Below, in pieces: positions 41,201 to 52,043 of a DNA stretch of 64,000 nucleotides. Under the pieces are notes generated by a model, which was not told the origin of the DNA, searched no databases, and saw nothing but the letters and a program-made list of their open reading frames with translations. The translations under genes and the position numbers were made by a program. Within the stretch, counting starts at the first letter, position 1. The number at the start of each line of letters is the position of its first letter. Source of the stretch: Lama glama. Lineage: Eukaryota. The DNA lies in NCBI GenBank assembly GCA_028534125.1, contig CM052832.1, positions 16,618,001 to 16,682,000 of the forward strand, in the 5' to 3' direction.

Positions 41201-42374
41201 GAACAGTAGACTACAAGTATCAGGAGTTTGTATGTCATTTTCTGGTTTATACATACTTAGGTAATATAATAACAATCACAATAATTTAAGCCAACACTGG
41301 GAGTTCTCAAAAATATTTTTTCTCCTTAAAAGAGTTATCACTTAATTTTGAGAAATAGTGGCATTTCTCAAAAATAGTAAGTAATAAATATTTATTTATT
41401 AAATAAGGATTGCTAGTACTTATTTAATCCCATTCTTTCATTTTAAGGATGGGAAAAGAGTCTCTGAGAAGGAAAGGGGTTTGCTCCAAGTGTGCCGAGC
41501 TACCTGATAATGAGCCTCAGTCTTTTAGCTTCCAGCAGCCCCAGTGCACCAATGGGTCAAATGCATCACTGGTTGTATCATAAAAATGATCAGCGCACCT
41601 GTCTGTCTTGAGCATTATCTGGTAAGCAATTTGAGTCTCATTCAGTTTGTAGTGCCAGTACTTGGATGATGACAGGTGTTATGTAAAGTTTGGAAACACT
41701 GACTGAAACTGGATTTTAATATTTCCATTTATCATTCTGTGTTTCCGATTCTCTACCATAACACCATAATTCCATTATCAGACAAATGGTGGAGATGCTA
41801 ATAGCAGTGGCTAGGAGGGCAATGAGTAACCAGCCATCTTCAAAAGTCTTTGCTTTCTGCTTTTAGTCCTGAACTCATGGAGCTGTTACACTTAATATTT
41901 TGGCCTTGTCTGTGGTCTTAGCCATCTTAAGCATCCTTTGTAAGCCTTTCTGTGAAAGAAATTCCACCTCAATGACTCACAGGGACAGAGGTGTTCTCCC
42001 AGTCAGAGGTCAGATCAGGACCTTGCTTTCCTCATTTCATACCATGATTGAGATGGGACTCAGCTATTTGCTATGGTGGCTTGTCCCCACAGTGAGTGAC
42101 TAGTTGGCTACATCCTGTAGACACGGCTTTTTGGCCTGGGTGTTGGGAGGGCTTGGGTGTGGTGCTTTCGAGAGAACAGAAGCTGTTATCCTTCAGCTCG
42201 ACAGACTGCCATGAACAGACAGAAAGGCATGGAATGTTTGGCCCGTGCTAGGCAGTTAATAATTATTTCATTAAATGAGTGAATTTAGATATGTGACCTA
42301 GACAGAAACAGACAAACATTTGCTTTATTTCTTTGATCAGGCTTAATAAATCTCTTTTTTTCCTTCATTTGACT

Positions 42375-42446
42375 AATTTTTAAATTGAAGTATAGTCGAT
42401 TTACAGCGTTGTGTTAATTTCTGGTATACAGCACAGTGATTCAGTT

Positions 42447-42500
<54 letters not shown>

Positions 42501-42605
42501 GAGAGAGAGAGAGAGGGGGGCCTTTTCATATTTTTTTTCATTGTAGGCCATTAAATGTATTGAATGTATTTCCCTGTGCTATACCGTAGGACCTTGTTGT
42601 TAAGA
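42375..42605 (-). mobile_element. L1 3' UTR fragment with (TA)(TG)(AG) compound microsatellite
   Basis: ATTGAAGTATAGTCGATTTACAGCGTTGTGTTAATTTCTGGTATACAGCACAGTGATTCAGTT...TTCCCTGTGCTATA motif. Confidence 0.75.
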
Positions 42606-42926
42606 ATATCTCTTATATTTGAGTTGTGTGTGTCTCCCCCAAATAGTTTTTAATGACTAAACCTGGTAGATAGGAAAAGGCAATTTTCCTGAGGCTGTAA
42701 TCATGGCCAGACAGAATTAGGTGATACTAAGAGCAGACAGGCATTCTTCTGAGTGTCCCTAAGGTGCTTATCCCCAGGGCCAGCTGCCTTCTTCATCTGG
42801 TGGTTCCGGGGCTCCAGATGGGGGGTGTGGAGGCCCCAGGACACACACCCTGCTTCATGGTCCCGTGGAGGCCGACAGAAGTCTGATTTGCTCTATAACC
42901 AGCTGTAGTCACTGCTGGGATCTTCT

Positions 42927-43007
42927 TCATGGAGTGCTCCGATCCATGACAGGGGGGTGATAAACAGCTCCGGCGGGTGGATTAAATGGATGCAGGAAAC
43001 AGTTTTT
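42927..43007 (-). CDS. HCG22: HCG22/PBMUCL2-like mucin, last exon (cytoplasmic tail)
   Basis: Acceptor TTTCTTTCACTCTAG|AAA in phase 0 matches the upstream donor. Encodes KNCFLHPFNPPAGAVYHPPVMDRSTP*, sharing AVYHP with the recalled MUC21 tail. Candidate AATAAA at 42324-42329. Confidence 0.65.
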   Translation of the reverse strand, partial: KNCFLHPFNPPAGAVYHPPVMDRSTP

Positions 43008-43050
43008 CTAGAGTGAAAGAAAGCGGTTTGGTTTCAAGACTTGGTTTGTC

Positions 43051-43136
43051 CTTTATGCTGTACACCAGAAGTTGACACATTGTAATTGACTATACTTCAG
43101 TTAAAACAATTACCACCACCAAAAAAAAAAAAAAAA
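43051..43136 (+). mobile_element. Short L1 3'-end insertion with poly(A)
   Basis: TGCTGTACACCAGAAGTTGACACATTGTAATTGACTATACTTCA...A-run; perfect 15-bp TSD aagacttggtttgtc at 43036-43050 and 43137-43151. Confidence 0.8.
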
Positions 43137-44049
43137 AAGACTTGGTTTGTCTTTTAACCCTGGTGGTTGTGATTTATCAAGATCCATCCAGTTCATCTCT
43201 CTGACTCCTTCCTATTTACCATTTTCTTCAGATCCTGACACTTCCCACAAAAGAGACACAACTTCCAAAAATGTTGATGTCATGTGGGAAAAATAAAACT
43301 ATTTTGATCAGTGGAATTGTGGGGAGGAATGGAAATAAAGATAATTCATATTTTAAAAACTTTTTTTGTCAAATGTTTGAAAGTTTAAAATTTAGCAAGT
43401 TCGGGAACACAGACTTTCCCCTTACTTCCTGTACCCTGAGACTTTTGAACCATCTCTTGTTTTCAGTCTCTACAAGGGGTTAAGAAGGTGCCAGTGATCA
43501 CTCAGTGCCACACTTAGAGGCTGGTTTGGAGGGAGGAAAGGACCCACCAGCCTGGAGCAAGAGAATCTGACTTTTCATCATGATTCACATGATCAAAAGC
43601 TCACTTGTTTGTGATCACAATGAAGTCAAGAAGGTCCTCCCTCTACTGATGAATATTGAATGTGACTCATGCGTGTGCCAAGTAGATACTGAAGCTTTCA
43701 TTTTGTCAGCCGTCCTTCAGAATGCCCTAGTTTCACAGTGTGATTTTGGTGAGATTAAACCATGAACATCTCAACTGAGCAGAGCATTACTTTTGGCTTA
43801 ATCACACTTATAAACCGATCCCGAGTTGTGGGTCTGCTGCTTGGGCCAGAGGTCAGTGCACAATGGCATCAGTGACCAACAAGAATGATTGAGGGTTTTT
43901 TTTTTTTTTTGAATGAGGTTTTAATGACCTGTATGAGCTAGCTAATTGTCTAAGCCACCCCTTGCTAAGATTCCACCGTAGGATGACACCAAAGGACCAG
44001 TCCTTCCCCATCCAGCAGAGACCAGAAGTTGAAGGCTTGGATTTTAATA

Positions 44050-44149
44050 CTTGTTCTTCTTCTTCTTTTTTAAATGGAGGTACTGGGGACTGAACCCAAG
44101 ACCTCGTGCATGAGGCATGAGCTCTACCATTGAGCTATAGCTTCCCCCC
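44050..44149 (-). mobile_element. Vic-1-type SINE
   Basis: Reverse head; TSD aaggcttggatttta on both flanks. Confidence 0.85.
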
Positions 44150-44879
44150 AAGGCTTGGATTTTAGACCAAAAGTCAGCAAGAGGAAGTCACAGGCTGGCA
44201 CAGAGTCCTTTTATCTCCTTTTATAGAAACGAGGCCCCTCAGAGACATTAAAAGACCCAGAACTCCCCACTGAGAGCTGTCACGCATTGTCTCTCCAGGA
44301 AAGAGTAGCTGTGCTCATTAAAACCTACCCAGTCCTGATTTTAATGATCTTTTGCAGAATTTCAGGGTGGGTGGTATTAATACAAAACAGCACAATTTCT
44401 GACACAAGTGGCCATCTAAAATGTTTCCATTTTCTCCTGTTACCCCTCAATTTCTCATCTCTGAAAAGTTCTAAACATCTATCTTTAACCTTATAGTTTA
44501 ATCCTTGCTCCAGCTCTCACCATGTCTCACTATATTTGTGTTTTTGTGGTCCTCTTTCTGTCCATTTTATCTCTCTGCATACTCTCTCCCCTTCCCTCTT
44601 CCTCTCCTTTCTCCCTCTGCCTTTTCCACCTTCCTCCCTCCACCTCTTCCACCTTCCTCCCTCCGCCTCTTCCACCTTCCTCCCTCCCTCAGTTCTGCCC
44701 TCAATTTTTATGCTTCCCTTTCTTTCTCTCCATCTCTGTCTCTCTGTGTCTTTGCAAAGCTCTATGCAGGTGTCCTCATGCCTGATGATTTCACACGCCT
44801 CAGTTCCCAATGCCCACCTCATCCTCCTCAGATGCCCTGTTCCCATGATGTCCTTAACATTTCAGGGCCAAATACTCAC

Positions 44880-45553
44880 CACAAGGAAGCCAAATCCAAC
44901 AAAGAGTGCAACAGTGACAGCGGTGGCAGCCAGGGAAATGAGGATGATTCTGATGGGTGTCTGGAGCCCAGGGGGTTTCACTGCCGTCACTGAATCTGTT
45001 TCCTCTGGGTGAGTGTCTGGGTGTTTAGTGGTGTAATTTTCTGTGTCTTCAGTCCCTGGTTCTGAAGTGGTGTAGTCCTCCATGGTCCCTAGGTCTGCTG
45101 TGGTGTAATCCTTTGTGGTCCCCAGGTGTGCTGTGGTGCGGTCCTCTCTGGTCCCCGGGTCTGCTGTGGTGCGGTCCTCTGTGGTCCCCGGGTCTGCTGT
45201 GGTGCGGTCCTCTGTGGTCCCTGGGTCTGCTGTTGTGTGGTCCTCTGTGGTCCCCGGGTCTGCTGTTGTGTGGTCCTCTGTGGTCCCCGGGTCTGCTGTG
45301 GTGTGGTCCTCTGTGGTCCCCAGATCTGTGGTGGTGTAGTCCTCTGTGGTCCATGGGTTGGCTGTGATGTAGTCCTCTGTGGTCCCCGGGTCTGTGGTGG
45401 TGTAGTCCTCCATGGTCCATAGGTCTGCTGTGTTGTCCTCCATGGTCCCCAGGACTGCTGTGGTGTAGTCCTCTGTGATCCCTGGGTCTTCAGTGGTGTG
45501 GTCCTCCCTGGTTCCTGAATTCAAGGTGGTGTAGTCTGCAGAGGCTCCTGTGT
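44880..45553 (-). CDS. HCG22: HCG22/PBMUCL2-like mucin, repeat plus transmembrane exon
   Basis: Open frame DTGASADYTTLNSGTREDH...(TTEDxTTADPG)n...TTKHPDTHPEETDSVTAVKPPGLQTPIRIILISLAATAVTVALFVGFGFLV, then donor GTG|GTGAGT at 44879. Repeat unit and TTKHxDTH match recalled human PBMUCL2. The 5' boundary is uncertain (weak phase-1 AG acceptors giving starts at 45553 or 45535). Confidence 0.75.
45057..45515 (-). repeat. Coding VNTR, 14 units of 33 nt (11 aa; one unit 10 aa)
   Basis: Consensus GTTED(H/R/Y)TTADP; the central units are near-identical. Confidence 0.95.
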
Positions 45554-46654
45554 CTGTAGTGAAAGTCTTTTTTAATGTGGATCATTGTTGCCCATCATCA
45601 TCTGTTCTGCTTAATATTTTTCATAACTTTCTTGCCCATTCAAATGATATCTTTCCCCATATAATGTGGTTGGACTTATTTGAGTTAAGTATCATCTGAT
45701 ATTTTAGATTTAATTCTGATTAAACATATTCCACAAGATGCCCTACAATATGGAGTATCCAGATCTAATTCATGTCCTTAGACGGTCTTCTCATCCAGCC
45801 TTTGATTCTCCCTTTGTGGTTCTGGTCTCTTTGTAGACCTCACCTCCCCCTGCATTGGTATGTCAGCAATCCAGCCATTCTGACTCCACATTTGTATGTG
45901 TTGCCTCTCATCCAGGTATGCCTGGGTCTCTGGTAGACAAGTGAGGCAGGAGCTATGACTTTTATTAGAGATTAAATTCAGGTCATGGGTTGGTATATGA
46001 TTTAGAATGAGGCATCTCCCGGGTTGGATCCGGGGCAGAAGTGGCAAGATCGAAGGCAGGTAATAGTCAAGGTGGTCTGAGGGTAGGAGGAGTCATAAGG
46101 GGTGGTGAGTGTGGTTTGGCTGGGGTTGACAGCAGCACTGAGTTGGATATAAGTAGAAGGAAGAAATTAATCTTTTCCCCTCCCACCACCCCCACCTGCA
46201 GGGCATCAGGACTGAGAGTATTTACTCTCATCAATAAATGCAGCCTAAATGGCATAAATTTTAGAGTCTTGGGTTCCTTTGCCCCAGAGAGTTCATCCTA
46301 CCTGCTGCTGATTCCCCCAAATTCCTCAAATAAGGCTCAAATCTTTCATTTCTTAAGGAAAGTTGAAATACAGGAACTTAAAGTCTAAACAATCAAAATC
46401 AGAGAATTTCCTTAAGAGAAGATGCTGGAAAGAGATGAACAGGAACCCTGGGAACACTGCTTCCCTGTGATAGGGAGTTTGGGGCAGGTCACTAGGTCCA
46501 GAGATCCCCAAGGTCCTCTCATCTATCCTGTTAACTTCACTCAAGACTGACCCTGCCTGAGTCCTAAGAGGACCTTCTCCAAGGATCCCGATCCCCACAT
46601 CTCCAGACCCTGGGGAACTTTTGTGCCCTTTTCTCCAAAAAATAGTTCACTCAC

Positions 46655-46721
46655 CCAGTTCTAAACACCCAAAGAGAAGCAGCAGCAGAAGAGATGTGGC
46701 AGGGCATTTTCTTGTTTTCAT
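46655..46721 (-). CDS. HCG22: HCG22/PBMUCL2-like mucin, exon 1 (signal peptide)
   Basis: MKTRKCPATSLLLLLLFGCLEL plus G (67 nt, phase 1), donor CTGG|GTGAGT. Resembles recalled human PBMUCL2 ...PLLLLLLLLRCSER. Confidence 0.75.
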
Positions 46722-46822
46722 CGCTAGAGAATCCACATGGGCTGGAAGCCAGGATGTCTTTTCCTCCCTCCTCGCTACTTTTTCTGTCTTCCCTTCTCCT
46801 TAAGTGCACAGTGGCTGTGACG

Positions 46823-46828
46823 TTTATA
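46823..46828 (-). promoter_or_regulatory. TATA box of the HCG22-like gene
   Basis: Minus-strand CATATAAA about 100 nt upstream of the ATG at 46721. Confidence 0.6.
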
Positions 46829-47812
46829 TGAGCTGCTGCTAAAGGAATCAGGAAGCCTGGGTCTTCTTTCCTTCTTTCAGGGAGGAACAACCGCTCCTCT
46901 ACTCTCTGTCAATCAAGGGAATAAGAATCTGTTAGAGAGGAGTGACAGGGCGGAAGAGAGATGTCACAGATGCAAGAAGAGGATCTTGGCTCTGGTCCAG
47001 GGCCCAGAGTTGAGCGGTAACAGGGGATCAAGCTTGTCATCATGGGTGGCATCACTTTCAGATGCAGAGCCCTAGGCAAAAGCTGTCCGCCACACCATGT
47101 CTCAGTGCTCGGAGAAGGGCTTGAACTTCCTTTTCTGCAGGTGGGCGTGGGAAGGTTGGGGTGACTAAGGAGGGTACATGCCAGGTCTGCCTGGGGGACA
47201 GTGCATGGTAAGAGGAGAACTAGATGTCAGAGGGCATAGAGCATCTTAGTCCTTAACAGGAAGGAGCATTGATGAGGGAGGTGGAAACACTCAATCTCTT
47301 TATCTTAAAACCACCCTCTTCTCTCAGTCATCCACCAAAGTCTTTTTCAGTGGCTCATCTCCCACCTGCAGTTTTACCTCCTTGCTCCTATTACTTGATT
47401 GCCCTCACCCCACTAAGCTTCCCTCAGTGACTAGATGAAATTAGTTCACCTCCAAGGGTCCCATTGGGCTTGGAATGAGAAAACCCATGCTCCTTCCTTT
47501 TCTGACTCCCATCCCGGCCTCATTCAACATTGTCCAGAAAATTATAGCAGCTTGTTCTCATTCAGAGGCAGGAAGTTTCCTGCCCTTTGGGGGGCATCTC
47601 TTTCCCAGTGTCATCCTAAGTGGAATAGGAACTAGGGATTACAGGAAGGCTGGGACAATGTTCCCGTCTCTGATGGCAGCTGATTTTATGAAAGCCAATT
47701 TAATGAATGGCCAGTATACCAAACTTAATTGATTACTTCAACTACTAACTTTATTTGAATGGATTAAATATTTTTGAGAAAAATATTTAGATAAATTAAG
47801 AAGGTATTTGTT

Positions 47813-47945
47813 GGGGGGGAGGATATAGCTCAGTGGTAGAGTACGTGCTTAGCATGCATGAGGTCCTCGTTCAACCCGCAGTACCTCCATTAAAAAAATC
47901 ATAAATATACCTAATTACCTCCCCCACCAAAAAAAAAAAAAAGAA
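47813..47945 (+). mobile_element. Vic-1-type SINE
   Basis: Head, CCTAATTACC motif and poly(A); aagaag(g/a)tatttgt on both flanks. Confidence 0.85.
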
Positions 47946-48029
47946 GATATTTGTATATAGTTAATATAACTGATGAATATATTTTAAAGGATTATCTAAG
48001 GAAAAGATACTATTTTTTTAAGGCAAGGG

Positions 48030-49905
48030 CTCAATTTGCATATAGTAAAATTCACTTTTGTTCATGTAGAGATCTATGAAGCATTTTTTGTTTTGCTTTG
48101 TTTTAAAATTTTTTATTTTGAGATAATTTTAGATTATAGGAGAGTTGTAGACATAGTACAGAGAAATCACATAATTTATACAATTACAGAAACTAAGAAA
48201 TTAACATTATATAACACTATTCACTAAACTACTGAATTTATTGAGATTTCACATGTTTTTCCATTGATGTCCTTTTTCTACTCCAGGATCCAATCCAGGA
48301 TTCCATGTGGCGTTTACTCATAGGTCTTCCTGGTCTCCTCCAACCTGTGACAGTTCCTCTGTCTTTGTCTTTCCTAATATTGACGCATTTGAAGAGTATC
48401 GACATTTTGTAGAATGTCGCAAAACTTTGGTTTGTTTGATTTCTTGTAGCTAACTTGATTTATGATTTAATCAGGGTCATAGATTATTGGGAATGTTACC
48501 GCAGAGATGATGTGCCTTCTCAGTGTTCTGCATCAGGGAGCTGATGGGATCAGTGAGCCTTATTCCTCATGATGTTAATCTTGATCACTCAGTGAAGGTG
48601 ACGTCTGAAAGAATTCTCCACTGTAAACTTACTATTTGTCCCCTTGTAATTACTAAATATTTTGTGGGGGGAAGATATTTTGAGACTCTACAAATATCCT
48701 ATTTTTGCTTAAACTTTCACTCACTGCCTTTGGTGCATCTTGCCTGCAGCAGTTATTATTGTGGGTTGGTAGTGGTGTCCCTCCTTCCTTCTATATTTAG
48801 GAATTGGAATTCTTCTGTAACGAAAGTTGTACCCTCTCCCAATTTTTTAATTTGGTTATTTATATTAGTATGGACGCATAGGCCTTTACTGTGTTCTGTG
48901 AGTTGTGATCCAGTATTACCGCTATTTATTTTGTTGCTCAAACCTTGGCTATTGGAAGCTCTTTCAGTTTGGCTCCAGTGCCTTTTTAATATTCCGCATC
49001 CTCTTTTTAAAGTACTTTCTTCCATTTTGACATCAGAAGATGCTCTATGCTCATTTTGAATTTTCTCTGCCCAGGCCTTGGAATCAACCATTTCTTCACA
49101 CATCTCTGATTTTTTTTATCAGAGAATAGTATTTAGAAACAAGATCTGGGCACTAGGTGTGCTCATTGCTGATGAAGTGTTGCTGCTTTTTGTCCCCCAC
49201 AGAAATTAGAGCTAGGAAATATATGTTAAGTATACTAACTCATGCATAAACACATCCCTGTATTTATTTCTGTAATTATCTATCTGTATGTGCGTATTAA
49301 ACAAAAGCATGAGTCCATTTTGATACCTTCAACTCCAGTCCAGCAACACAGTTCATTCTAGCTTCTCCCTTTCCCTTATTTGTAACTTCTTCCTCTGACA
49401 TGGCTCCTAATATCTATAATATTTCCACTTATTTGTTCACCCTTAGTAAACCAATAGTGGCTTCAGAATTGCTAATCCATACCTATGTGAGAAACAAAGT
49501 TACCAACTAGACTACAGTGTTTGTGCACATGCTTTCTGTCTTTAGTCTTACAGTCAAAACACTGGTTTTCAAAGCTACTTAGGATGACATCTTCTTCCCC
49601 ATCCCCTTCAGAGTGATTATGTGATTCATTGTCAGCTCTGCATTCCACCTCTGCCCCTACATCTCTGTTGATTTGCTAAATTTCCATACAGTAAAATTCA
49701 CTCTCTGTAGTTTACAGTTCTCTGGATTTTGATAAATCATGTACTCACCACACGGAATCTGCATCATCTCCCAAAGCCTTCTCGTGCTGTCCCTTTATAG
49801 CCCGCTCTTCCCTTGAACCCCAGATCCTGGCAAAACAGATCTGGTCTCTGCCCCTGTAATTTTACTGTCTCCAGTATGTCATCTGAATGGAATTATACAG
49901 TCTGT
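48030..49905 (-). mobile_element. Old L1 (L1MC/MD-like) 3' fragments
   Basis: Characteristic motifs (CAGGATCCAATCCAGGAT, GATGTTAATCTTGATCACT, AAGATCTGGGCACTAGGTGTGCTCATTGCT); boundaries approximate. Confidence 0.6.
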
Positions 49906-51562
49906 AGCCTTATTGTTTTGAAGATAATCTATGTATTATTCATAGATGATATCAGTAATTATTCATCAGTCAAGAATAAACTATTTTTCTGGTATATATT
50001 CTTGAATATATTCTTTCATATGAAAATTTTAATAAATATATTTTTAAGTATGTTCTTGATTATAAAACATATCATAATCAAGAAGATATTCCCAGTATCC
50101 CCTCTGCCTGTCCCCCAGTCTCTAGCTGCAGCGGGAGGGAGACAAATTGATTATTATTTAAAGAAAATAAGATAATTTAAAAAAAAAGAATTCAGAGAAT
50201 TAATTTTAAAAGAATTGTTTTGAGTTTTTAGATGAGGACCTTCTTAATACAAACTTTAAATAAAAATCACCATGGATTCTGGAGATGAAGTTTTTTTTTA
50301 ACTGCTGGGCAAAAGCCTGTTGAAATCCACTTTTCTTCTTGATTCCTATTTCCATGTTTTTGTGGTCTTGGATTTGTTTGTTTGTTTGTTTGCTGAGACA
50401 TTACAAAGGCCTCTGGATTCCCATCCTTATGAGATTCCAGCCTCTACTTTCTACCCAGGTGATCAGAGTGTTCTCCCTTGGAAAAAAATTTGTCCTGCAA
50501 CATTGTAAAATGAACTGTTGGCTTCCTGTTGTCACGGGTTCTCGCCTCCTTGGTATGGCATTCAAGGACACACAGGTCACCCTCTAGTCACATCTCCCTG
50601 TGCCGTCCCATCAAGTCCCATAACTCTTTTGACTATTCCTGTCCATGTCACACCTTGTTGTGCACAAAGTTTTCACTTGCCTGGCATTTCCCCTTCTCCT
50701 TCTTGTCAATGCCTGCTAAGTCTGTAATCCCCATCAAAGTCATCTTCTGTGTGAGTCAGCCCCTCTTCCCCTTGGTCAAGTTACATGCTTCCTCCTTGGG
50801 CACTTCAGTTTGTGTTGCTTGATGCATTGGCCTAAACTTATTTGTCTACAAATCTGTTTCCTTTACCAAACTGTGACCCACGCATTCATCCTTGTTACCC
50901 CAACTTCTCAGGGCCTGGTGCCAAGCAGGTCAGTGCTCTGGAATTATGGTGAATGGATGAATGAAGAAATGAGTGAGAAATGTGATCATTGTTTTAAGAT
51001 AAAGGACTAGAGACTATTAAAGTTGAAGGGGAGATAACTGATAGACTAGTCAATGCCTTCAAGAATAAAACCATATATAGTAAAAAAAAAAAAGACAAAA
51101 CCCTTTTTTTATGATTTAAATGTACAGTTTAATGAATTGTTCTAAAATAAAAATCCATGTAACCACTACCCAGGCCAAAAAACAAAAACCGGTCACTGCC
51201 CTAGAAACCTCTATGTGCCCCTTCAATTACGCACCTCTCCATCCCTGCTAAAGGTAGCCGTTGTCCTGACTTTTACAGTAATCGCTACATCAATGTTCTT
51301 TGTACTAATGGTACCTAGCTTCGCATTCCTGAACACTCCAGTTTAATTTTGCCTGGTTTTGAGGTTTCTATTTATAAAGTGAAAATTTTTTGACCTCTTA
51401 TATCTGACTTCTTTAGCTTAAAAATTAGCTTTGAAGCATTTATCCATATTGTTGTGTAACAAAAAAAACCCTATTAAATATAACTAAAAACATTTTTTTC
51501 TGAAGTAAACTTGTAAACAGTGAAATGCACAGATCTTAAGTATTCAGTTAGATAAGTTTTTT

Positions 51563-51813
51563 ACCTGAGAGCTTGTTTGGAGGTTCTAGCAGGAGAGCGC
51601 AGCTACTCGTATACCCTTGACCGAGGAGAACAGTCCTCCTCTATGGGGGATGGTCGTCGTCTTTGATCGACCAACCGAGTGCTCAGCTTGGGGAGGGACG
51701 CACATGAAGCAGTGAGGGAGGAAGGGGACACCCACCTAGCCAGCCAGATCAGCTGAATCAACCCTGGCGATCAATGGAATACCAGATGTTGCAGCCTGAT
51801 TGCCCTCACATCC
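51563..51813 (-). pseudogene. 7SK snRNA (RN7SK) retro-pseudogene, 3'-truncated
   Basis: Reverse complement begins GGATGTGAGGGCAATCAGGCTGCAACATCTG...ATTGATCGCCAGGGTTGATTCAGCTGATCTGGCTGGCTAGG and ends ...CTAGAACCTCCAAACAAGCTCTCAGGT. TSD tagataagttttt / taggtaagttttt. Confidence 0.93.
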
Positions 51814-51848
51814 TAGGTAAGTTTTTAAAAATTTTTTAGCAGATAAGG

Positions 51849-51926
51849 CTTTTTTTTTTTTAAAGCCCAATATTTTATCCTTGTTTTCTTTGGAGGTGGG
51901 GAAGGGAAGTTAGGTTTATTTACATT

Positions 51927-51972
<46 letters not shown>

Positions 51973-52043
51973 TAATGGAAATACAGGAGATTGAACTCAG
52001 GACCTCACACATGCTAAGCACATTGTACCAGCTATACCCTCCC
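51849..52043 (-). mobile_element. Vic-1-type SINE with (TTG)n expansion
   Basis: Reverse head at 51975-52043, (TTG)n at about 51928-51970, flanks cagataag(g)cttt. Confidence 0.8.

Noticed and set aside
44505..45012. Hydrophobic Pro/Ser/Leu-rich ORFs on the + strand
   Set aside because: Derived from a CT-rich low-complexity intronic tract and the antisense of the TM exon.
45049..45422. His-rich (DHRGPHHSRPG, HRG-like) and Cys-rich (CCGAVLCGPRV, KRTAP-like) repeat ORFs
   Set aside because: Other frames and strand of the 33-nt mucin VNTR; only the Thr-rich frame connects to the signal and TM exons.
45057..45515. 33-nt periodic array as a possible CRISPR-like structure
   Set aside because: Head-to-tail coding repeats without unique spacers, in a mammalian genome.
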